This document shows, in pieces, positions 46,899 through 56,161 of a DNA stretch of 64,000 bases (position 1 is the stretch's first letter; each line of letters begins with the position of its first letter). The DNA is from Macrostomum lignano (taxonomy: Eukaryota): positions 248,001-312,000 of the forward strand of contig NIVC01000166.1 of assembly GCA_002269645.1 (NCBI GenBank), read 5' to 3'. The notes beneath the pieces are model-generated. The model made no database searches and had not been told where the DNA came from. It was given only the letters and a program-made list of their open reading frames with translations. Position numbers and translations under genes: made by a program.

Positions 46899-47016
46899 AA
46901 AGCTCGTTATCGTGTAATTAAAACAAAAACTTATTGAGACTCTCGGGTATATAAGCACCAGCCCGGAGCATCTGCAAGCGCCCGTACCTGCAAATTTTTC
47001 TAAACAGACAAGAGAC

Positions 47017-47727
47017 ATGGAGACAGTGCAAGACTTCAACTGCGTCAAGCGAGAGCTGCTGGCACTCAAACCGCGAGGTCCGAGCTTCAACGGGGTTGAA
47101 ACGTTTGACATTGAATATGACGAACAGGGACCTCTCTACTTGGCCAATGCGGTCCCTGTTTTGATCGTCAAGGGCGTGCGTACTGACAACGAAGGTCGCG
47201 AATTCATCATCATTGCACAAAAACACATTGAAAGCTGCATACCCTACACTTTCAACACTGTGGCGGAGCACCTTTCCGGCGAAAGTCTAGCTCTGCTGGG
47301 CTACAACCCAGCGTTTGGAGGTGACAGTGCAGCGTTTGGGCTGGCTCACGACTTTAAAATGTACGACCAAAACGGACTGCCTGTAGAGGATTACAAAAAC
47401 AAGAGCGGCTACTACAGGATTCTGTTTACTCTCGACACGGCCGTGATTCGAGACGCTGTTTTGACCGCAATGCCAAAAATTCAACAGCTACAGTTTGTCG
47501 AAGAAGCCAAACAGGCATTCGATCGTTGCTATTGGACGCCACCTCCAAAAATCAAGGTAGGCGCCAAGAAAGTAAGCAAGAAAGCAAAGAAACCACCAAA
47601 GCTTGTCAAGGAGAAGCAGCCAAAGGTGCCTAAAAATCAGGCCAGAAAGCGACAGCATCAATCGAAACTAGTAGCAGCCAACGAATCAAAGAAGCGGTCG
47701 AAAGCCCCAAGAAGGATACGAAAGTAA
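47017..47727 (+). CDS. Maverick hypothetical protein (236 aa) with a Lys/Arg-rich C-terminal tail
   Basis: ATG-initiated, preceded by TATATAAG at 46948. Tail: KKVSKKAKKPPKLVKEKQPKVPK...RRIRK. Confidence 0.7.
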   Translation: METVQDFNCVKRELLALKPRGPSFNGVETFDIEYDEQGPLYLANAVPVLIVKGVRTDNEGREFIIIAQKHIESCIPYTFNTVAEHLSGESLALLGYNPAFGGDSAAFGLAHDFKMYDQNGLPVEDYKNKSGYYRILFTLDTAVIRDAVLTAMPKIQQLQFVEEAKQAFDRCYWTPPPKIKVGAKKVSKKAKKPPKLVKEKQPKVPKNQARKRQHQSKLVAANESKKRSKAPRRIRK

Positions 47728-47746
47728 AAACTGCCGAAAAATCTAC

Positions 47747-48226
47747 TTGCAGAACGTCGAGTGTGTGAACCGAGTGTTTTGCGCGAAATGGAGCCGCATG
47801 CCTGACTTGGACTGGGCGAGCGCACGGACATTTCGCAGACCAAGAGCTCTTATCAATTTGCGAATAGGAAAATGTACAATCAACTTTTTTCAGCGTTCTT
47901 TGTCTGCAATTGTATTCGGTTGTCGCTCAGTCAACCAAGTTTTGCGTCTTTTTCCTCAATGTAAACCAATTTCTGTTGTTGTTACCACTAGTACTTACCG
48001 CGCTGAAGTAGACAGATGGCCAAACTTTTTCCAAATTGCATACTCCGGGTCCCGCTGGGTGAAGTGGGAGTGTGAAGTTTTCAATGGAATAGTAATAAAG
48101 TCTCCATTTCGCAATGCTAAATGTTTATTATGCGGAAAGAATGGCCGCCTTGTTTTCCTTGGAATACGAAACTTTAAAGAGCTCTGTCAAATGTACGATC
48201 ATGTGACTAGCGTTTTGCATGTCTAA
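47747..48226 (+). CDS. Divergent TATA-binding protein (TBP)-like protein
   Basis: Two-repeat pattern aligned by eye to the TBP core: [12 protein letters not shown]~[38 protein letters not shown]~[41 protein letters not shown]~SGKMVCTGAKSEEQS; VNRV~QNIV. The start is uncertain (TTG 47747 or first ATG 47798). Confidence 0.7.
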   Translation: [159 protein letters not shown]

Positions 48227-48366
48227 TCCATGTAGCTGTTGCGTAACTTTACTGCTTCACCACTGTACCGAATTTGTATGTACGTACAAGCTGCTACGAA
48301 ATTGTCTATAAATATATTGTGCATAAATTGCAGTGCACTGCAACCAACATCTTTTTGCTAAACAAA

Positions 48367-48723
48367 ATGACAAACGGAATCTCCAGACTATGTTCTTGTC
48401 GCGGCGAGCTCGCAGAGCTCGCCAAAGCCCGTCCCACTCTTCGGCGGGCCATTATTCGAGGTGCAGGCAAGGAACTGATTCATTGTCTCTGTGAATTGAG
48501 TCACAACGTGCTCCGGGGAAATATCGATCTTTCTCCGAAACAGTATCTGCGATTAAAGCGATACAGAAGATCGTTGCGTGAATTGGCAGACACAAAATTG
48601 TCTATAAATAGGAAGAAGAATATGCTTCTCTCGAATCCTCAAGTCGGTGGCTTTCTACCCATCCTCGCATCTGTTGCTGCAACGCTAATATCAAGCCTGT
48701 TTGGCGGACTACTTGGTCGCTAA
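48367..48723 (+). CDS. Conserved basic Maverick protein with a C-terminal QVGGF motif (putative core/virion protein)
   Basis: KELIHCLCELSHNVLRGNIDLSPKQ...LR...QVGGFLPIL matches a family I recall from Mavericks. GG-F resembles an adenain cleavage site. Confidence 0.75.
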   Translation: MTNGISRLCSCRGELAELAKARPTLRRAIIRGAGKELIHCLCELSHNVLRGNIDLSPKQYLRLKRYRRSLRELADTKLSINRKKNMLLSNPQVGGFLPILASVAATLISSLFGGLLGR

Positions 48724-48724
48724 A

Positions 48725-49375
48725 ATGAATAAATACGTTGTTGTACCAGAAGAAGAATTTAATAGACTAAGTCAAGGCACACCCCGAGAAATTGCATCCA
48801 AAACAGAATATGAAAAACTCATTGAATACAACACTCAACTCCAAAATAAACTAAGTCAGATCAAGCAAAAGAAGAGTAATCGTTTTCCTGAACGACAACA
48901 ACGTGCTTGGGACATGCTGACAGAAAGATACCCAAATTTGGAGTACAACAAGTCGTGGGAAATTGTATTTGATGGAAAAACCTGGCCAGGAAGCAATATT
49001 TTCGATCTATTGAAGGAGATTACATCGAATGAAAGGCGCGACCGCCCAAGCCCAAAATATAGTACCGCTTTTTGGGCCCTGGCCGAAGAGGCAGATATTG
49101 CAAAAGCTCTACTAGGACGACGCCAACAAGAAGAAGTCAGTGTGAAAAAAGAAATCGGCACGGATCCGGATCGAGACGATTTTTTAGTCGAGCAAGCAAT
49201 TGGAACTAATGATTTCTACAACGACTTGCACAAAGACCAAGCCAGTGGCCTGAATGAAATTAAAAAATATGAAGATCGTGGCAGCGATGCCTACCGGCAT
49301 GCTTCATACCAACTCCGCGAACCAAAGAGGCGGCAGAAACCAGCAGTAAAATACGAGACGTTAAAAAAACTATAA
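48725..49375 (+). CDS. Conserved Maverick hypothetical protein
   Basis: N-terminal KYVVVPEEEF and internal WEIVFDGKTWPGSNIFDLL resemble a Maverick family usually found upstream of the integrase. Confidence 0.7.
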   Translation: MNKYVVVPEEEFNRLSQGTPREIASKTEYEKLIEYNTQLQNKLSQIKQKKSNRFPERQQRAWDMLTERYPNLEYNKSWEIVFDGKTWPGSNIFDLLKEITSNERRDRPSPKYSTAFWALAEEADIAKALLGRRQQEEVSVKKEIGTDPDRDDFLVEQAIGTNDFYNDLHKDQASGLNEIKKYEDRGSDAYRHASYQLREPKRRQKPAVKYETLKKL

Positions 49376-49512
49376 ATAGAAATCATTTTCATGATATATA
49401 ATCTGTTTTTGGATCATGGGTGCCGCAGCTGTAACTTCAAAGCTTTGCTCAGACAAACCGTCTGTGGAGTTCAAGTGTAATTACTCATGCTGTGCATCGA
49501 ATCTAGTTGCGA

Positions 49513-50579
49513 ATGAGGGTGAAAACCGCTCTTCGGAGAGTGTACGAACAGGGGGACGCCGCTTTTACAAATGCTGCCCGTGTATATCAGGAGGCCAAAC
49601 GGCTGGTCCCCTCCCTGACGAGACGCCAAACCGACGAATGGCTGAAGACCCAATCGAGCTACACCCGGCACAAGAGGGTTAAAAGAAAATTCCGAACCGG
49701 AAAAGTAATGTCAGGAGGCTTCATGGAAACTGTGCAAGCGGATTTGATGGACATGTCACGATACGAACAATGAATGATGGTCATCGATATATTCTAGTTG
49801 CAATTGACGTGCTTAGTAAATTGGCTTTTTGTCAGTCAATAAAATTGAAAAGCGACACTCCAAAGGCTTTTGAAAGCATGATCAAAGACTTCCCCATTAA
49901 GCCTTTATATCTACACGTTGATCGAGGTACCGAGTTTTATAACAATCGCATGCAGAACTTACTGAAAGCCCATAATATCAAAATGTACAGTACAAACTCT
50001 GTATACAAGGCAAATATGGCTGAAAGGCTGATTAGGACTCTCCGAAAACGTTTAGCTCGCTACTTTGAGCATAAAAACACGTGGCGTTGGATCGACTATT
50101 TGCCAATATTGGTTAAAAGTTACAACAACACAGTACACTCTACTATTGATATGAAACCTTCGAGTGTCGGTCTGCACAATCAAAAAGAATTGTGGGAAAA
50201 GCTCTACAAGGATCCTGAATATGATGAACCAGTTTACCAAAAAGGGGACTTTGTCAGAATTTCAAAATCTCGTCGAGCCTTTGACAAGGAAGCATACGAT
50301 ATGTACAGCGAAGAAGTTTACGTTGTGTCTCAAGTATGCCCGGGACCGCCTCATTTTTATCGCATTTCCGACCTATCTGGAGAACAAATCGAGGGTCGAT
50401 TCTACTATAATGAACTTTCAAAGACGGTTCGACCAGACCGCTTTGTTACAGACAAAATTCTGCGTCGCAATGTCATCATCAATGGTGTCGCTCATCATTT
50501 CGTTAGTTGGCGCGGCTATCCCGAGTCGTTCAATGCATTTGTACCAGTTGAGGAAGTTATAAATATAAGACAAGGATGA
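49513..50579 (+). pseudogene. Maverick retroviral-like (rve, DDE) integrase with C-terminal chromodomain; frameshift at ~49770
   Basis: VQADLMDM / NDGHRYILVAIDVLSK, LHVDRGTEF, AERLIRTL and chromodomain DKILRR...HFVSWRGYPESFNAFVP. The two ORFs join if one base is restored at CAATGAATGAT. Confidence 0.93.
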
Positions 50580-50613
50580 ACACACATACACTCGAAACGT
50601 GTAGTATATTACA

Positions 50614-51774
50614 ATGCATCTATTCCTACCTAGCAATGCGTGCGTTGAGCACTATCCTGAGAATAATTCGGCACATTATAGCATTAATTTGCCCGACACC
50701 CTCCACTTTCCGAATCATGAAGTCTGCATCGAACGGATCTACTTTTGTAAAGAATTCAAAACCGTCCCCGATAATCGAATGGTTGATGTCCTGACCAACG
50801 CTCCCGAGGATGAAGTGATTGACATTGAGGTGAGAGAAAAACCCGCCTCCGCGTATAAACAGTTTGCGTCGGTTTCTCTCGCCGCGGGGCTATCAACAGC
50901 CAACGAAGTGGTTGATGCAATCATCGCCGATCTAAAATATGAGCAAGACGATAATGCGATGATTTGCATTGAGCGTTCACAGGAAGGCCAAATTTCAATT
51001 GTGAACAAATCATGGTATGGTACATGGTGCGAACATTAGGCTGTCCAGTAATGTGCGTAGCATGTTTAAAAAGGTTGATGACGCTGGAAATAAATCAAAT
51101 ATCGAAGTAACGACTTTTTTATTAAACCCAAGAAATTCGTTAGTATTCGCTATAGAATTGGAGTCCTCCTCCTCCATAGAGAGTCCGATGACTCTAACGT
51201 TTGAAAAGAGTGTCTGGCCTTCTAGAACGTCACTGCGGATTGCTAAAGGATTCTACCGCACGCCTGATGAGCTCTTAAATTATGTTAATGGAGCGCTTTG
51301 GGGCGTCGTTTCAAAGCTCCCAATAAGTCCAGCGACGAGAGTGGATGCATTCCGCTACAACCCTTTTTGAACCGGTGTGAGTACAAACCCATTGAAAACA
51401 TTTTATTCGACATTGGAGAGCTTGCTGCCATTCTCGGCTTTCGCGAAGATGTTTTCAATGAAACTCCAAAGACCGCTAAACGACCAATCGATTTAACAAA
51501 TGGTGTACAAACTATGTACATCTATTCAAATATTGTCGACTCTGCCATTGTTGGAGACGTCAAAGTCCCCCTGCTTGGGGCAATTCCTTTGAATGAAAAG
51601 GTATACGGCGAACGAGAGTACTACGAGTTTGTCAATCCATCCTACTTACCGTTGGTAAAACACCCATTCAAAACCATTGAGGTGCAAATCTGTGACGATA
51701 TGGGCAAGTTAATGGATCGGATTCTTCGAGGCAAAACTGTTTTATCGATCAACATTCGCGAAATTAAGCTATAA
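50614..51774 (+). pseudogene. Maverick minor capsid (penton) protein, split by two frameshifts (~51020 and ~51365)
   Basis: MHLFLPSNAC...YPENNSAHYSINLP at the start. MYIYSNIVDSAIVGDVKVPLL...FVNPSYLPL...IEVQICDDMG...GKTVLSINIR at the end. Confidence 0.88.
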
Positions 51775-51818
51775 ATAAAGAAGTTTTCACGAATAAAAGG
51801 TAGCAACTGATCGACAAT

Positions 51819-52187
51819 ATGCCTTCAATCTTGATCGGAGGAGCTTTACCGGTATTTTCCGGTGCACAGCGCGGCAACGGCCTGTTTGGCAGCATTGCCC
51901 GATTTGCCCTGCCAATTTTAAAGAGTTTTGGCAAAAATATTCTTCGCCACGGAACACGAGCCCTAGCTACAACAGTTAGCGACATACTCGATCAAGGCGG
52001 GAACTTGAAAGAAGCAGCATTGCGTAACTCTGTCCAGGCAGCTAAAGATGCTTTCAAGGACACAGTCGCACAACGAGGTAGCGGCAGACAAAGACGAAGA
52101 AAGATGACTAGCAAAAAAACGAGAAAAAGACTGCAGCATTCTGATATTTTCGACTCTATAAATAAAAAAACCCGTGCCAATAACTGA
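51819..52187 (+). CDS. Maverick pVII-like core protein
   Basis: PVFSGAQRGNGLFGSIARFALPILKS and a second QRGSG followed by a basic tail. Typical position between the minor and major capsid genes. Confidence 0.8.
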   Translation: MPSILIGGALPVFSGAQRGNGLFGSIARFALPILKSFGKNILRHGTRALATTVSDILDQGGNLKEAALRNSVQAAKDAFKDTVAQRGSGRQRRRKMTSKKTRKRLQHSDIFDSINKKTRANN

Positions 52188-52230
52188 TCTGTCTATTAGA
52201 GCACCACACTAAGCCGCTGTTGAAAGAAAA

Positions 52231-52700
52231 ATGACTGAGTGCCTGTGTACAAAGTCGGAATTCGAGCTATTTGCTCCTCGCGCACACCAAATTGCTGCAA
52301 TTAGCGCTACCACTGAAGAAGTTCACCCTGTTGCCAGTGTTGAAAATGCCAGCGTGGTCGAATTTAGGATTGTTGGTGGTGAGACGTTTATCGATCTTAA
52401 CGACATTGACCTCGAGATTAAGGCCCGCGTTAAGCAGTCTAATGGTACAAATCTTGCTGCTGATTCGAATGTTGCGCCGGTCAATTACGTCCTTGAAAGC
52501 ATGTTTAAAAACGTCACGTTGACAATCAACGGGACACACGTAGAGTCGAGCAATAACAACCACGCTTACAAGGCCTATATTCGCACGTGTTTGAATTACG
52601 GACACGATTCAAAAACCAATCAACTGAGAATGATGGGCTACGCAAAGGACGCTGGAGGTCAAATGGCTGTGGTTGGAAATCCTGGCTTTGGAAATCCTGG
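52231..52700 (+). pseudogene. Maverick major capsid protein, N-terminal ~155 aa only
   Basis: TKSEFELF...EEVHPVASV...VVEFRI...FIDL...VAPVNYVLESMFKNVTLTING...HAYKAYI...LNYG matches the Maverick MCP pattern. The sequence switches to antisense Gypsy integrase after VGNPGFG. Confidence 0.9.
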
Positions 52701-55700
52701 AGAACCCTGTTGTCGCGCTGATGCTGCTTCTGTAGGCCAGGAGACAGTGCGGCAGGGCGTCCTCCCAGTCCGGCGGATTGACGGTCTGGAGGTGACAGCG
52801 CAGCATTTGATGAAGCGTCCGATGAAATCGTTCCACCAGGCCGTCGCACTGCGGATGGTAACCTGATGTTCGGGTCTTGTCGATCTCCAGCAGGCTGCAG
52901 AGACCTCGGACAATGCGGCCGTCGACGCTTCTGCCTCGGTCCGAATGGAAGACATGTGGAGCTCCCCAGCGCGCGATCCAGTGGCTGAACAACGCCTTGG
53001 CAATAGTTGCTGCCTTCTCGTCCGGCATTGACACCAGCTCCACCCATTTGCTGAAGTAGTCGATGATCGTTAGTAGACGATCGTTGCCATTCTTGGAGAC
53101 GCCGACCTTGACGACGTCGAACCCGACGCGCTGCATGGGGAAACCCGCTGTGATACTTTGTAACGGCGCACGTTTGATAAGCGGCGTCTTGGCTCGCTGG
53201 CAGACTCCGCATGAACGAACAGCCAGCCGGACGCTTTCGGCCATCTTCGGCCAGTAGAACCGCGCCTTGAGGCTGGCCAGCGTCTTGTCCTCGCCCAGGT
53301 GGCCGATGTTGTGGACCTCGTAGATGACGTCGCGCTGCTGACAGAGAGGGATGACCGGCACCGGCTTCGCGTTGACCAGGCGGTGCATGGCGCCGTTGAC
53401 GAAGCACAGATCGTGTACCTTTTGTGCCAGCACCAGGGTCTCCGACGGCACTTTGTCGCGCTGCCGATCGGTGAATCTGGTCTTGCCGTCGGCGAGCAGC
53501 CGGAACACTGGGCTGATGACTGGATCCTGAAGCTGCATTCTGCGTAGAGATGGTGGTCCGCTGTCTGCTGCTGGTGCCTCAGTCGCGTCGTCATCGCTGC
53601 TGTCTTCACTCTCACTGGTAAGCGGCTGTAGAATTTGCTTGCGCCTCGCCTGCATGGTGCTGACCTGGACGATGTCGTTAGCAGGCGCTGCTGGCGCCTC
53701 GGTGTCCGTTTGGCAAGCCACCGAGGAAGTCGTCTTTCTGATGTTTACTGGCTCCGGCCGACAGACTCGACATTGGTTGGTACATCGTTGCTGGACCCGT
53801 GATAGAGCGTCGGCGTTGTTGTTCTGACGGCCTGGGCGGAAGACAACCTTGAAGTCGTACTCGTCTAGAGTCTGCAGTCACCGTGCCAGTTGACCCTCGG
53901 GCTCCTTGAACGTCAGCAGATGTGTCAGAGACTGATGATCGACGCGGACGGTGAATGTCCGAGGCAGCAGGTACGTTCGAAACTTTCTGACATGGTCGAC
54001 GACCGACAGCAGTTCTCGCCTCGTCACGCAATAGTTGCGTTCAGCCCTTGACAGCGCCCGACTGGAGTACGCGATGACCCGTTCCTCGCCGGCCTGGACT
54101 TGAGAGAGCACCGCGCCAATGGCACAGTCGCTGGCGTCAGTGTCCAAAACGAACTCCGAGCTGTCTGGGCTGGTGTCCGGGAAGGCAAGGACTGGTGCTG
54201 ACGCTAGCGCCGCCTTCAGTTGGACAAATGCTGCCTCAGCCACTGGTGTCCACTGGAATTTCTCCGCCGGAAGAGTCAGGCGTCGTAGCGGTTCGGCAAT
54301 CTTCGAATAGTCCTGGACAAATCGCCGATAGTACGCCGTGAGGCCTAGGAAGCTCTTCACCTCCTTAGGGTTTCCTGGTGTTGGCCATGCGCGGATGACG
54401 GCAGTCTTGGTCTCGTCGACGGTGATGCCGGACTTGGAGACTCGATGACCGAGCACAATCATCGTCGAGTTGGCGAAACGGCACTTTGACGGTTTCAGCC
54501 GCAGGTTTGCCTCCCTCAGCCACTCAAGCACTGCTCGCAGTCGAGAATTATGCTCAGCGATCGTCCGGCCCATAATGATGACATCGTCGATGAAAACGAG
54601 GCACGCTTGCCAGGTCAGCCCTTGGAGCACCAGCTGCATAAGTCGTTGAAACGTCGCCGGGGCGTTGCGCAGGCCAAAGGGCATGACGTTGAACTCAAAA
54701 AGGCCTTGGTGACAGATAAAAGCAGTCTTTTCCTTGTCGCGCTCTTCGACTTCGACCTGCCAGTAGCCACTCTCCAGATCGAGTGCCGAAAAGTAAGCGT
54801 TGCCCTCCAGAGCGTCCAAGGTGTCGCCGATGCGAGGGATCGGGAAGGCATCCGGCTTGGTGACCTGGTTGAGCAGCCGATAGTCAAGGCAGAAGCGTGC
54901 CGTCCGATCCTTCTTCCTGACGAGCACGATCGGCGATGCCCACGGCGAAGATGACGGCCGGATGACGCCTTTCTGCAGCATGTCGTCGACTAGTTCGGCC
55001 TGTTTTTCGATGACCGGGCGCGCTGCACGTCGAAGGCCCTGTCGAATCGGTCGCGCTCCACCGGTGTCGATGTGGTGTCGTAAAACTGCTGTGCGGCCAG
55101 CGTTGCCTGGTGATGCGAAGACGTCGCAGAATTCCAGCAGAAGATCTTTGACAGACTGCTGTTCGTCGACCGAAATATCACTTTCGATTTTTATGCTGTT
55201 TAACCAGTCTGTCGTGTGTTGCAATGTCGCCGAAACCGAGACTACCGCCGTCGTCACCGCCGTGCTGCCAGCGGCCGTCGCCGCCGTGCTGCCAGCGGCC
55301 GTCGCCGCCGTGCTGCCAGCGGCCGTCGCCGCCGTGCTGTCAGCGGCCGTCGCCGCCGTGCTGCCAGCGGCCGTCGCCGCCGTGCTGTCAGCGGCCGTCG
55401 CCGCCGTGCTGTCAGCGGCCGTCGCCGCCGTGCTGCCAGCGGCCGTCGCCGCCGTGCTGCCAGCGGCCGTCTGGATTCGTGCGTGGCTACTGAGTGGTGA
55501 GAAACTGCCGATGATGTCGCCGTCGCTAATGCTGATGATCTGATCGCCGACGTTGATGACAGCCAGTCCCATTCCGCTGTCGGATAGCTTTGAGACGCAG
55601 CGACCGATGAGCAGCCCTTGTAGTTTTGTCCCGGTGACTATCCCAGGGGCGCCTGATTTCGTCCACGAGGCTTGCTGGGCTGGCTTGATTGGGATGATCC

Positions 55701-56110
55701 ACCGATCGCCTGGCTGCAGCTGAACTGAGGCCGCCGACACTAGCCTGCAGGTCTGCGCTGCTTCTTTGCTTTGTCGAGCCGGGATTGATGCACCTATGCT
55801 GTTGAAGGTGATGCAACCGGCCTGCAGATGAACAGAGACGTCGTGGGTGCTGAGGAAGTCACAGCCCAGGATGACGGATGCCGGATGCAGCTTCTCCAGT
55901 ACGACGAATCGATGTTGTACACGAACGATTCCAAGTGTCACTGTCAATGTTGTCTCGCCCAGCACTCGTTGCAAGTTGCCATCCACGCCTATAATGGTGA
56001 TGCTGCTGGGCTGCAGCTGCCGCCTGGCCTTCCAGTAGATCTCGGCGCCGATGCATGACACCTCTGCTCCGGTGTCGATCAAGCAGTGGCGCCGTCGTCT
56101 GAAAATGCGC
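52700..56110 (-). pseudogene. Gypsy pol (protease, RT, RNase H, integrase) with one in-frame TGA at 53878-53880
   Basis: LIDTGAEVS; SPWASPIVLV, LDLESGYWQ, MPFGLRNAPATFQR, FIDDV; DTDASD; HNIGHLG...CGVC, DRG, VERFHRTL. The TGA replaces the W of GQLARWL and the frame continues into the integrase ORF. Confidence 0.93.
55243..55470. repeat. 24-bp in-frame repeat x~9 (TAAGSTAA) between protease and RT
   Basis: Tandem copies of GCCGTCGCCGCCGTGCTG(C/T)CAGCG. Confidence 0.92.
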
Positions 56111-56161
56111 GCGGTGACGAAACGCGCCTTTCACGTTATTGGCGTAGAGGTTATGACCCTT

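Larger units (their letters stand above)
45959..52164 (+). promoter_or_regulatory. Series of TATA boxes upstream of the Maverick B ORFs
   Basis: TATAAATA at 45959, 48307, 48603, 49371, 50558, 51770 and 52157 (six preceded by C). TATATAAG at 46257 and 46948. Each lies roughly 40-135 nt before the next ATG. Confidence 0.75.
45900..52700 (+). mobile_element. Endogenous Maverick/Polinton element B, partial (left boundary uncertain, right part deleted at the Gypsy junction)
   Basis: Co-oriented intronless ORFs: retroviral-like integrase with chromodomain, minor capsid, pVII-like core, N-terminal major capsid and further Maverick-type proteins. Confidence 0.92.

Noticed and set aside
52526-55543. 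Long plus-strand ORFs over the Gypsy region
   Set aside because: GC-rich antisense shadows of pol.
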